In this document: in pieces, positions 44,165 through 53,115 of the stretch
Layout: each line of letters starts with the position of its first letter
Numbering within the stretch: the stretch's first letter is position 1
Source of the DNA: a virus
Taxonomy: Duplodnaviria > Heunggongvirae > Uroviricota > Caudoviricetes
Direction: 5' to 3' (one strand)
IMG/VR virus record: IMGVR_UViG_3300037418_003161
Span: 32,001 to 96,000 of that record
DNA: 64,000 bases
Made by a program: the position numbers and the translations under genes
Notes under the pieces: model-generated
The model's input: only the letters and a program-made list of their open reading frames with translations
What the model was told of the DNA's origin: nothing
Database searches by the model: none

Positions 44165-44548
44165 CTATTGTAAGGTTGTGAGGTCTACTTTCCAATCTAC
44201 TGTTTTAAACAATATAATAATGTTTTTCTCCACCCCTAAATAATCAATTATCTGAGACCTGATTATATTAGACACTTTATCTTTTACATTATTTGCATCC
44301 AAGTGTACAAGTTGAATTGGTATTTCATATACGTCTGAACACTTTATTAAGCCTTTGAAGTATCCTTCTAAAATAATCCTACCGTATTTTGCCTCTACAT
44401 TGGTAATAATGATTTCCCATAATACATTATTACCTTCTTCTCCATAGTTAGGAAATTCCCCTTTCTGTATCTCTCCAACATACAACTTGGTTAGAGGTCT
44501 TATATACCTCTCAAGATTGGTGTCTTCAAATAATGGTAAAAGCTTCAT
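44165..44548 (-). CDS. Hypothetical protein with MKL.PLFE leader
   Basis: 127 aa; same leader as its neighbour; both contain 'DY[LF]G' near the C-terminus. Confidence 0.75.
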   Translation of the reverse strand: MKLLPLFEDTNLERYIRPLTKLYVGEIQKGEFPNYGEEGNNVLWEIIITNVEAKYGRIILEGYFKGLIKCSDVYEIPIQLVHLDANNVKDKVSNIIRSQIIDYLGVEKNIIILFKTVDWKVDLTTLQ

Positions 44549-44551
44549 AGT

Positions 44552-44944
44552 TTATATAATATTAAGATTGATGATTAAACCGTATTTCTTTTTACCCAAC
44601 CCAAAATAGTCGTAGAGAATGTCTCTTATTTCTTCTTTAATATCATAATCTGCATTGCGATTGAAATATATATAATCGTTTGGGCTGTCCTTTATTGATT
44701 TCTTCTTAGATTCTGAATAACCACTAATATTTACATTAACTTTCATTTTATCTGTTGTAAAATCCACATCCACAATAATTGCTTCATAAGCTACGTGACC
44801 GAGTGTTTTGTGATTACCAAAATAAATAGAACCTCTAAATTGCTTACCAACAAGTAATTTTCGAATGTGTTTTTCTAATTTCAAAAAATCAACTGGTTCG
44901 AAATCTGCTGATTTTATGTTTTCAAACAACGGATAAAGCTTCAT
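44552..44944 (-). CDS. Hypothetical protein with MKL.PLFE leader
   Basis: 130 aa; TAATG-coupled to the gp6-like gene. Confidence 0.75.
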   Translation of the reverse strand: MKLYPLFENIKSADFEPVDFLKLEKHIRKLLVGKQFRGSIYFGNHKTLGHVAYEAIIVDVDFTTDKMKVNVNISGYSESKKKSIKDSPNDYIYFNRNADYDIKEEIRDILYDYFGLGKKKYGLIINLNII

Positions 44945-46779
44945 TATTCAAAATTCACTTTAGAAATCGTCTTAGTCCTTACTCTTATATCCTTATTGGG
45001 GAAATGGATTTGATATATTTGATTGGGACGCATATAAATTGTCCCATCAATGATTTGAATTTCATTTGTTGTTACATCCTTATAGGGTTGTGCAACTTGG
45101 GCTTCAGAATAGTCGCCCCCGACTTTGTTGTAAACCCGCAAATCCACCACGTTCACCACGCCCCCGATTTGTCCAATTTCCTTTTGTAGCTCACCTATAT
45201 AAAGGGGGTCGCCCATCTCACGTTTATCATCGGCAAAATAATCGGTTATGGTGGTGATAATTTCTTTAATCACCAGTGAAGAATTTTCCTTTTTATCCAA
45301 GACCACATCTACTTCTACACCAAGGTCGATGACCTCTGCACTTTCAATCTCCACATAATCATTGAGCATTCTGAATTTGCTTAAATAATCAGCAATATTT
45401 TGGCGTAGCGTATTGGAAATGGCGTTGGTCAATTTCCCATCCGGGGTATATGATAATAATTTAACCACCACTTTATTTTCTTCTTCGAAGACCCCCACCT
45501 TTGCGGGTGCGCCATATGTGGACGGCATGGTTTTTATCTTGGATTTGTAGTCGTTCAATGTAACAGCCCTGTCTTGTGCGGCAAAATTGAAAGAAATCAT
45601 ATTTCTTACTTCTTCCACTGTGGGGATGTCATCACCTCCCACCGCAGCCGTAATGTTTGTAACCCGCAGGGAATCTTTCACCCCTTGGTTGATAGAAGCC
45701 TGTGGGCCATCGACTTCAAATTCAGCATTCTCCACTTGGTTGATAACCCCTACACCAAGATTGGAGACCTTCCCTCCACCGATTCGATATTTGATGAACA
45801 GGGTGTTTCCGGCCTTGGGAATAATACCCAAGGAGGTGTTGTTTAAAAAATCAGAAAGGTCAACCTGTGTTCCATTTAACACAAAGCCGTCCAATTGGTC
45901 TTGCAGGGAAGAGCGACCTGAACCAAATTGTACAGAAAAGAATCCTTCCGGCGTGTATTCCGTAATAAACCGCCTGTCTGTTTTAATGTATTTGCCAGAT
46001 TTGAAATTATCGGCATCGGAGATTTGGGTGGGGTCTTCCACAAAAACCTTATCCTCAATGAGTGCGTTGACTTCATACCACTTGTTGGTTGATTGAATAA
46101 ACTCAGAATCGGTGGGAAGAGTAGAAAAATCCGTTCCCTCTTTGTCGATGATGCTCAATACACCCAACACGTTTTTTTCCGGTAAAAAAATTTGCAGAAA
46201 CGGTTTTTGGTCAAAATCGGTAATCACCTTTTTATAAACCTTGCTCACACCATTGACCACCACTTCCCGCTTGGTCATGGTGTAAGAAATCAAATTGTTG
46301 TTGGCATCAAAGTTGGGAATTTTAAGACGATTGGGATTTCCTTGGGAATTATAGGGGGAAAGAAAATCAATATCTTCCAATGTTTCGAAAATCTGTCCTG
46401 CACCATTTACCTGAGTTCCGGCTTTTAAAACACCCAAATACCGTTCATCTTCCTTGTCTCCGGCCACTGGCACGTTGATGGAAAAATCACACAGAGCCAT
46501 GGAGGGACGGTTGCCGGGAATACGCAAACCATACGTTCTTGCAATTGCATAAACCGATGTACGCTGTTGGGCGTACTGAAGCACCGTTTCTTGAAACATC
46601 CTATCCAAATGGTGGTGGAGGTTATCCCCAATACCCGCATTTAAGTCCAAAAAGACAGAAAAAATAGATGCATCATTGGCATTCTTAATCAGGTCGGGAT
46701 AATAGTCCTTGACAAGTTTGTACAGTTCATTGCGCAAACCGAGGAAGTCCCGGTTGGTATAGGATATCTTTTTACTCAT
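44944..46779 (-). CDS. Baseplate wedge subunit (T4 gp6 / baseplate J-like)
   Basis: 'YTNRDF', 'YRIGGG..SN', 'AAVGG.D', 'AQDRAVTLNDY' motifs. Confidence 0.85.
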   Translation of the reverse strand: MSKKISYTNRDFLGLRNELYKLVKDYYPDLIKNANDASIFSVFLDLNAGIGDNLHHHLDRMFQETVLQYAQQRTSVYAIARTYGLRIPGNRPSMALCDFSINVPVAGDKEDERYLGVLKAGTQVNGAGQIFETLEDIDFLSPYNSQGNPNRLKIPNFDANNNLISYTMTKREVVVNGVSKVYKKVITDFDQKPFLQIFLPEKNVLGVLSIIDKEGTDFSTLPTDSEFIQSTNKWYEVNALIEDKVFVEDPTQISDADNFKSGKYIKTDRRFITEYTPEGFFSVQFGSGRSSLQDQLDGFVLNGTQVDLSDFLNNTSLGIIPKAGNTLFIKYRIGGGKVSNLGVGVINQVENAEFEVDGPQASINQGVKDSLRVTNITAAVGGDDIPTVEEVRNMISFNFAAQDRAVTLNDYKSKIKTMPSTYGAPAKVGVFEEENKVVVKLLSYTPDGKLTNAISNTLRQNIADYLSKFRMLNDYVEIESAEVIDLGVEVDVVLDKKENSSLVIKEIITTITDYFADDKREMGDPLYIGELQKEIGQIGGVVNVVDLRVYNKVGGDYSEAQVAQPYKDVTTNEIQIIDGTIYMRPNQIYQIHFPNKDIRVRTKTISKVNFE

Positions 46780-46790
46780 ACAGATAAATA

Positions 46791-47141
46791 CTATGGATAT
46801 ACCAAAACCTGTATGGGCATATTGGTCAACCTTGAATCCATTTGGGTGTTGTTAACACCATAAATTGAAAGAATGTAAATATCGTTGACACTGGATGGCA
46901 CAGCCACAATGTGGTCAAAACTTGAATTACCGCAAAACACCACCGTTTTCCCTACGGTGAATACGCCCGGACAAGTCATAAAATATTCCCCCACATCGGT
47001 ACGGCTGAAGGTAGGTATTGCTCCTAGTGTATTTTCAACGATAGTGGCTGTCGGTGCATTTGTTCCGGTTTGGTTTAAAAAGGCTACATATTTTTTTATT
47101 GCGGTGGTAAGACCTAATATTTCTCCTGTTTCGTAACTCAT
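46791..47141 (-). CDS. Small hypothetical protein
   Basis: 116-aa ORF between the gp25-like and gp6-like genes; TATTTATA upstream. Confidence 0.7.
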   Translation of the reverse strand: MSYETGEILGLTTAIKKYVAFLNQTGTNAPTATIVENTLGAIPTFSRTDVGEYFMTCPGVFTVGKTVVFCGNSSFDHIVAVPSSVNDIYILSIYGVNNTQMDSRLTNMPIQVLVYP

Positions 47142-47162
47142 AATATTTTATTCTATAAATAT

Positions 47163-47621
47163 TTAGATGTTTATGATTACAAAGTCTTTGGTATCAAACA
47201 CGGAACTGTTTTTAATGGTATAGTCAATTCTAATTTGGGCGGTATGTTGAAGTGAATCAGAAGTCCCCAAACGAAACAAACGGTTGTCCAGTTCCGGGTT
47301 GGTATTTTTTAGACTTTGGTCTTCATTTTCATCAGCCGCTTGGATGGTAATGGATTGAATGTCCAAGTTGGGGATATATTTTTTACATGATTCCCGGATT
47401 TCTTCTTCAATAGAGGAAAAGGTTTGTCCGTCCATGGGTTCAAAAATGAAATCGTAAAGCCGGGTTCCAAAGTCCGGCAGGAAGAAACGACTTCCTTTTC
47501 TTGTTAAAATCAAATGAATCAGGTTGGAGCGGATTTCCTGTTGAGCGGTTTCTGTCATCCTGATAAAATCTCCTTTACTTGAATCTTGGAAGGGAAAACT
47601 TATCCCATAATAATTCCTCAT
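47163..47621 (-). CDS. Baseplate wedge protein gp25-like
   Basis: 'GISFPF', 'NLIHLILTRKGSRFFLPDFGTRLYDFIFEP' GPW/gp25 signature. Confidence 0.9.
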   Translation of the reverse strand: MRNYYGISFPFQDSSKGDFIRMTETAQQEIRSNLIHLILTRKGSRFFLPDFGTRLYDFIFEPMDGQTFSSIEEEIRESCKKYIPNLDIQSITIQAADENEDQSLKNTNPELDNRLFRLGTSDSLQHTAQIRIDYTIKNSSVFDTKDFVIINI

Positions 47622-47658
47622 GTTAATAAATATATAAAGCGGGATTCTTGGTATACTG

Positions 47659-47690
47659 TTTGATTTAACTTTGTTTTTGTATTATCTTTG
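47659..47690 (+). promoter_or_regulatory. Bacteroidota sigma-A type promoter (TTTG-N20-TATCTTTG)
   Basis: TTTG 47659-47662 and TATCTTTG 47683-47690, 20 nt before ATG 47711. Confidence 0.7.
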
Positions 47691-47710
47691 TTTTTCAATT
47701 TGTAGCCTAA

Positions 47711-48379
47711 ATGAAGAAATTTTTAATCTGCGCCATGTGGCTCTGTGGCTGTAGTAAAAACCATATTGAGCCTACCAGTGTGTCTATCACCCTTACTCCC
47801 CCGGAAAATTCAAACTTCGTAATTCTGCTTGATTTTGATGGAGCGTCCACAAATGGAACACATTGGGGAGATTATACCCTTACTCCATCTTCTATAGAAG
47901 GAGATGCGGTTCGGACAGTTGCGCAGGGGGTGTACGATGCTTTTGCCCCTTTTGGTGTGGTGGTCACAACGGATGAATCGCTTTATCACCAATTTCCGAT
48001 TTCCAAAAGAATAAGGGCCGTTTTTACAAATACCATCATTACAAAGCAAGAACTTGGTGGGATTTCTATCCTAAATTCTGTATCTTTTAATGATGATACG
48101 CCAGTGATAATATATAGTAGTGTTTTGAACAACTACCTTCCATTGGTTATAAGAGCGACCATTCATGAAATTGGTCATGGTTTTGGTCTCAGACACCAAT
48201 CAGATTATGACGACAAGTGCGTTAGGGTAAATGAGTATTCTGAAGGGTCGGGCCAAACAGTTCCATTTATGGGTGATATATACCGAGGTACGACAGGGGT
48301 TTGGCGAAAAGGCCCTTCCCAACTTGGTTGTAGTATAATACAAGACGACACTGCGATTATCAGGAAGGTGATATTCTAA
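47711..48379 (+). CDS. Putative lipoprotein zinc metallopeptidase (metzincin-like)
   Basis: MKK + hydrophobic stretch + LCGC lipobox; HEIGHGFGLRH (HExxHxxGxxH); downstream PFMG Met-turn. Confidence 0.8.
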   Translation: MKKFLICAMWLCGCSKNHIEPTSVSITLTPPENSNFVILLDFDGASTNGTHWGDYTLTPSSIEGDAVRTVAQGVYDAFAPFGVVVTTDESLYHQFPISKRIRAVFTNTIITKQELGGISILNSVSFNDDTPVIIYSSVLNNYLPLVIRATIHEIGHGFGLRHQSDYDDKCVRVNEYSEGSGQTVPFMGDIYRGTTGVWRKGPSQLGCSIIQDDTAIIRKVIF

Positions 48380-48389
48380 AAAAATATTT

Positions 48390-48419
48390 TTTGTTTTTCA
48401 AAAAGTTGTTTTATCTTTG
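48390..48419 (+). promoter_or_regulatory. Bacteroidota sigma-A type promoter
   Basis: TTTG 48390-48393, 18-nt spacer, TATCTTTG 48412-48419, upstream of ATG 48443. Confidence 0.6.
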
Positions 48420-48442
48420 TTTTAGAAACAAACAACAACATC

Positions 48443-50050
48443 ATGGAAGCAATTTCTTACAAACATCTCCTGTCTGAATACAAGGAGGAAATTGAAAAAC
48501 AACTCATTGCGCTTTGCAAGGTCGCCAAGCGGGTAGGCGTTCCCGAACCAACTTGGAAATTCAGTGAAGAATATGAATTTGAGTTTTCCGCTCAGGTTGG
48601 TTTCACGCAGGAAGCCGATGCCAACGGTTCGTGGGTTGAACCCGAACACGAAACCTTTATTGAGAAGGTTTTCGACATTGAAATCGACTTAGCCCAAACA
48701 ATCAAAATGGAGGGTGGTTGGAGCATTGTAGCCGCCATTTCTCACCGGGAAGGCGTTATCATCCAAATCGATGAGAATGTTGAACTTCCTGCCCGGTTTA
48801 AACCCCAAATCGACACCTGTGAGCATTGTGGTCGTTCTTTCCCAAGGGTTAAGTCTTTTGTGGTGGTTAACGAGCAGGGGGAATTCAAACAGTTGGGTAA
48901 GACCTGTATGAAGCAGTTCTTGGGTGTCAATCCCATCAGTTACATTTCCATGTTTGAAGCTGTTTCCAAATTCAGCAACTTTATTCTGACAACCGGGTAC
49001 TCCAAAAACGGTGGTGGTCGTTTGGATAACTTGGCCTACAATGTGGATGAACTGCTGCGTTATACCATTGGCACAGTTCAGCGTGAAGGTAAGTTCGTTA
49101 AGGCTGAATGGGAAGAAAGAGTTATTGATACAAATCGGTGGGGTCAAGAAATCACTAAAAACTTCCGCACCAACTTGGGTTATGCCACCATCGACAAGGT
49201 GAAAGAAATCCTGAGTGCCAAAATTTACTTCCGTTACAACGAAAACAAGCTGGCCGAGGCTCAGGCAATCACCCAAGAGCAGTTGGATAAAATTAAGCTG
49301 AGGGCTGCAAATTACTATGCTCATTATCAAAAATGGGCCAAACTGTTCGAAGCCGAGAACACCGAAGACTATAAAACAGCCGCTAATGAGGCTTATTATC
49401 AATATTCCACAAGAAAGGAAGTTATTGATTTGTATGACACCTATCAGACCTATTTAAAGGGGTTAACCGACCTGTTTTCCTACAGCGAGGAAGTGGAGAA
49501 GATAAAGAAGTGGGCGGCAGATATCACCATAAGAATGAAGAAAGAGGTAGATGAGGAAGATGGGGAGATTAAGGAAGTTGTGGCTTCCAATTTTGAAAAC
49601 TTCAAAATTGGTGTTAGGGAAAGCTTCCAAAAAGAGCGTATTCTGCAAAGCAATTTAAAATACATCTGCACCGGGTACAACCTGTACCTGAAAGATTTGG
49701 AATACAAAGCCACGAATGCTGACCGTTTGGCAAAAGCCGCAGCATCTACCCATGTGGGTGTGGTTGGCGAGAAGTCTCATTTGGTATTAAAAGTAACAAA
49801 CTACAAAACCGGGTTTGGTACTTTTGGGACATGGCATCTGTGGACATTAGAGGATGCACAAGGCAACCAGTTTAAAAAATTTGGTACGTTGGATGAAAAA
49901 CATATCATCCAAAAGGCCGAAAATGGTGAATTGGTTGGCAGCACCTTGGAAGCCCTGTTTGAAATCAAACAACACGAAGACTTTCAGGGGTGCAAAATCA
50001 CCCAATTGGGTCGGGGTAGCAAGGTTAAAAACGCCAAGTATGTCAAATGA
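48443..50050 (+). CDS. Phage hypothetical protein with CxxC...C zinc motif and probable C-terminal OB-like domain
   Basis: CEHCG...QLGKTC; C-terminal 'HVGVVGEK...FGTW...DAQGN...IKQHEDFQGCKITQLGR'. Confidence 0.7.
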   Translation: MEAISYKHLLSEYKEEIEKQLIALCKVAKRVGVPEPTWKFSEEYEFEFSAQVGFTQEADANGSWVEPEHETFIEKVFDIEIDLAQTIKMEGGWSIVAAISHREGVIIQIDENVELPARFKPQIDTCEHCGRSFPRVKSFVVVNEQGEFKQLGKTCMKQFLGVNPISYISMFEAVSKFSNFILTTGYSKNGGGRLDNLAYNVDELLRYTIGTVQREGKFVKAEWEERVIDTNRWGQEITKNFRTNLGYATIDKVKEILSAKIYFRYNENKLAEAQAITQEQLDKIKLRAANYYAHYQKWAKLFEAENTEDYKTAANEAYYQYSTRKEVIDLYDTYQTYLKGLTDLFSYSEEVEKIKKWAADITIRMKKEVDEEDGEIKEVVASNFENFKIGVRESFQKERILQSNLKYICTGYNLYLKDLEYKATNADRLAKAAASTHVGVVGEKSHLVLKVTNYKTGFGTFGTWHLWTLEDAQGNQFKKFGTLDEKHIIQKAENGELVGSTLEALFEIKQHEDFQGCKITQLGRGSKVKNAKYVK

Positions 50051-50294
50051 TTCCCTTATTATTGAATTATTAAAGAAGCGTTATGTGGGTGAGTATGAAA
50101 GATTTACCATACTCAGCTTTTACAAACACTATTTTTTGGATAATACCTATTGGATGGTGGTCATATGGAATATGGATGAAGACTCTACCATAAAGTCTAC
50201 CATACAGGAGCGAATGAAAGCACATAAAGCCGTAACTAATATTCTCAATGAAATCAGAACCTATTATGGTATCACCATTGATTGGACAGCATGA
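50040..50294 (+). CDS. Hypothetical protein (84 aa)
   Basis: MSNDSLIIELLKKRY...; its ATG overlaps the end of the previous gene (3' part of track ORF 49854..50294). Confidence 0.65.
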   Translation: MSNDSLIIELLKKRYVGEYERFTILSFYKHYFLDNTYWMVVIWNMDEDSTIKSTIQERMKAHKAVTNILNEIRTYYGITIDWTA

Positions 50295-50425
50295 AACTAG
50301 TAAAATTAATATATAGTCATTCCAAGCCCGGTACGCAGCCGTGAGGCGGTTGCGTAAAACTACTCGATTTTTAAAATAAAGTTAAAAAGATTTGCATTTT
50401 TAAAAAACCCATACAATCTTTGATT

Positions 50426-50480
50426 GGTTTTTCATAGGATATTGGATTAAACGAGGCTGGATTTCTATCCGGCCTTTTTT
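50426..50480 (+). ncRNA. Candidate trans-acting small RNA
   Basis: Near-consensus promoter TTTG(50391)-N20-AATCTTTG(50415-50422), seed TTTTTCATAGGAT, then a terminator; no ORF on this strand. Confidence 0.4.
50454..50480 (+). terminator. Intrinsic terminator
   Basis: AGGCTGGAT-TTCT-ATCCGGCCT followed by TTTTT. Confidence 0.75.
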
Positions 50481-50485
50481 ATATT

Positions 50486-50516
50486 AAAAACAACCCCCGG
50501 ATTTTTCCGGGGGTTG
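50486..50516 (-). terminator. Intrinsic terminator after the RNR gene
   Basis: CAACCCCCGG / CCGGGGGTTG perfect 10-bp stem with a T run on the minus strand. Confidence 0.8.
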
Positions 50517-50556
50517 GCGCAGCAGTCCTTTGAAATTTATTTCAAGGTAAAGATAA

Positions 50557-53094
50557 TTAACTACAACGTGACATGCCACAGGATTTGCACTTTTGGCAAC
50601 CTTCCTGCAAAATCATTCCTTCAGGGTCGCCACATTCATCACACTTCCGGTCAGTCTCAGACACCTCAGTTAAATATTTCTTCAGCGTCCTTGCAATGGC
50701 CTTGGAAAAAGACAGGATATTACCATTAGATTTTTGTAGTTGGTTATAGATATGTTTAATATCCGAACCATGACGCAAGCTATTGGAAATCATCCGGGTC
50801 AGGGCTTCTTGCTCATCGGTTTCAAATAATTCTCCAATGTTTTCCAACTGCACGTCACCGTCCCCAATAGTAAGGTCATAATGGCCGGACTTAATTCTTG
50901 TCAATTTTCCGTGTTTTATCTTATCAGAGAGGACAATACCCTTCTTTTTAAAGGCAAACACCTCATAAGGGTCTTTCCCATAGAGACCAACCAAAACCAA
51001 CCATTTTTCTCCTGCCACCGACACATTGTGGATGTCACAATTAAGCATTTTAGGCCGTTTAGGGGCATCATTTTTCCTGATGCCATCTCCATCCTCTTTT
51101 TTCTCTGTAGAGGAAAGAACGGTGGTCATAGTCCCTTCACGATAGGTTGTTGCTCCTTTAATAACCCCGGTTTTATAACATTCCATATAAAGGTGTTTAA
51201 AATCCTCATATGGATATTCTTTGGGTAGATTTACCGTCTTGCTCATAGCCGAATCAATATATTTTGCCATAACTGCCATAGTGTTCACATGCTCATCAAT
51301 GGCAAGTTGTGTGGTGGTTGCGGCCCATTCTGCTGTAGCATCCCACTCACCTCTCTCAGCCAAATAACGAACGGCATAGTCTTGAACAACGGTTTCACGG
51401 AGCAGACCCCTTGATTTATCCACTTTATAGACATACCCACCAAATTCCGTTTTTAAGAGGTTTTCGTCCCCTTCCTTTATCCACACCCATTCAGTTGTAG
51501 AATCGAAGGTTTTACTGTCCCAATTGATGTTTTTGGGTCTATCTAAACCTTCCGGTGCATACGGCATAATAGCAGTACGTATATATTCCGGCAAGAATAC
51601 TGGCTCAAGGCCACCCGATACGTTGTTGGCAAAAACAGACGAGTTCCCGGTTGGTTGAATTGAGAGCAGATGTGAATTGCGAACCCCATATTCAGCAATC
51701 ATATCCCTTGTTTCTTGCGAAAGAACTTTTACAAAATTACCGGACAGATATTTGTGTTTATCAAATAAAGGAAATGCGCCCTTTTCTTTTGCCAACGTTG
51801 CCGAAGCCTGATATGCGGTATTGGCAATAAATTCATAAAGCTTCTCAGTAATTTCAAGGGCTTTTTTCGAACCATAACGAAGCTTCATCATCATAAGGGC
51901 AGAACCATATCCCATAATACCAAGACCGATTCTTCTCTTATTTTTTAAATTTTCTTTTTGTGATTCCAATGGAACATATGTAACATCATTTACATTGTCC
52001 ATGAAACGAACAGCAATTGGAATAACCTTTTTTAACCCTTCATAATCCCAATCTCTTTTTTTGAAATTAACAAATTGGGTTAGGTTGATAGAACCTAAAA
52101 GGCAAACACCTCCAATCGGAAGGATTTGTTCCCCACATGGATTTGTCGCAGAGATATATTCTGAATAGTATAAGTTGTTCAGACGGTTCATTGTGTCAAC
52201 GAACAAAACCCCCGGCTCATTTCTGTTGTAGGTGGACTTCATAATTGTTTCCCACAACTCATTCGCATTTTCATAAGTTTTGTATATAACCGTTTCATAC
52301 CCACGGCCCTTCCATTCTTTCAAATTACCGTTCCAGTATTTCTTATACTCTTCTTTGTGTAACTCATAATTTGGAAATTCCAAACTCCATGGTTTGTTGT
52401 TTTCAACTGCATCCATGAATTCATCGGTTGCCAGTACCGACATATTAAATTTGGTAAGACGGCCTGAAGTTAGTTTGGCTGTTATGAATTCTTCGATATC
52501 AGGATGCCACACGCTCATTGTAACCATTTGTGCGCCTTTCCTGATTTTAACTTTAGCCTCTTTTTTCTTTGATTTTTTTCCCGAACCTTCTGTAATAACT
52601 GCGGATTGTGTATCCCACATATCCAACATTCTTACTGCACCGGGTGATTCATTAGCAATTCCTTGAATGAAAGCACCTCTTGGTCTCATTACATCTGCAC
52701 ATACACCGTAACCTCCTTCTGATTTTAATATCATTGCTTGACGTTGAAGAGATTGGAGAATACCTACCATACTGTCTTGGTCTTCGCCCATAAACCCATC
52801 AACAAAACAATTAATATAAGTTGTTCCCTTAAGACCCGTTCCTGCATTTGATGTGATACGGCCACCGGGAACGAATCTGAAATTTTCCTGTAACCACAAA
52901 AATTGTTGTGTCCAATAATCTTTGTCTTCTTCTACTTTTGCTAAATCCTTTGCAACACGAAGCTGCGTGGTGTTTATGTTTTCTTCTCCATATCGGTAAG
53001 TCTGTTCATATATCTCCTTACTGAAATCATCGGTAAAAACCGTATTAATAGAAAAGTCTACCTCTTGGGCTTTTTGCTTAATTGTTTGTTCCAT
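50557..53094 (-). CDS. nrdJ: Class II (adenosylcobalamin-dependent) ribonucleotide reductase
   Basis: PGGR, NCFV, TNPCGEQ, CLLGSINL, IQPTG, MSKTVNLP, YREG; C-terminal TSCPD-like domain and CxxC...CxxC ribbon; no adjacent beta-subunit gene. Confidence 0.85.
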   Translation of the reverse strand: MEQTIKQKAQEVDFSINTVFTDDFSKEIYEQTYRYGEENINTTQLRVAKDLAKVEEDKDYWTQQFLWLQENFRFVPGGRITSNAGTGLKGTTYINCFVDGFMGEDQDSMVGILQSLQRQAMILKSEGGYGVCADVMRPRGAFIQGIANESPGAVRMLDMWDTQSAVITEGSGKKSKKKEAKVKIRKGAQMVTMSVWHPDIEEFITAKLTSGRLTKFNMSVLATDEFMDAVENNKPWSLEFPNYELHKEEYKKYWNGNLKEWKGRGYETVIYKTYENANELWETIMKSTYNRNEPGVLFVDTMNRLNNLYYSEYISATNPCGEQILPIGGVCLLGSINLTQFVNFKKRDWDYEGLKKVIPIAVRFMDNVNDVTYVPLESQKENLKNKRRIGLGIMGYGSALMMMKLRYGSKKALEITEKLYEFIANTAYQASATLAKEKGAFPLFDKHKYLSGNFVKVLSQETRDMIAEYGVRNSHLLSIQPTGNSSVFANNVSGGLEPVFLPEYIRTAIMPYAPEGLDRPKNINWDSKTFDSTTEWVWIKEGDENLLKTEFGGYVYKVDKSRGLLRETVVQDYAVRYLAERGEWDATAEWAATTTQLAIDEHVNTMAVMAKYIDSAMSKTVNLPKEYPYEDFKHLYMECYKTGVIKGATTYREGTMTTVLSSTEKKEDGDGIRKNDAPKRPKMLNCDIHNVSVAGEKWLVLVGLYGKDPYEVFAFKKKGIVLSDKIKHGKLTRIKSGHYDLTIGDGDVQLENIGELFETDEQEALTRMISNSLRHGSDIKHIYNQLQKSNGNILSFSKAIARTLKKYLTEVSETDRKCDECGDPEGMILQEGCQKCKSCGMSRCS

Positions 53095-53115
53095 TTTTTT
53101 TATTCCGAAAACTGT

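Noticed and set aside
48689-49402. 237-aa minus-strand ORF
   Set aside because: Lies wholly antisense to the well-supported 535-aa gene and has no recognisable motifs
50316-50370. tRNA or group II intron domain V
   Set aside because: No cloverleaf, T-loop or CCA, and no convincing domain V geometry; kept only as an unexplained hairpin
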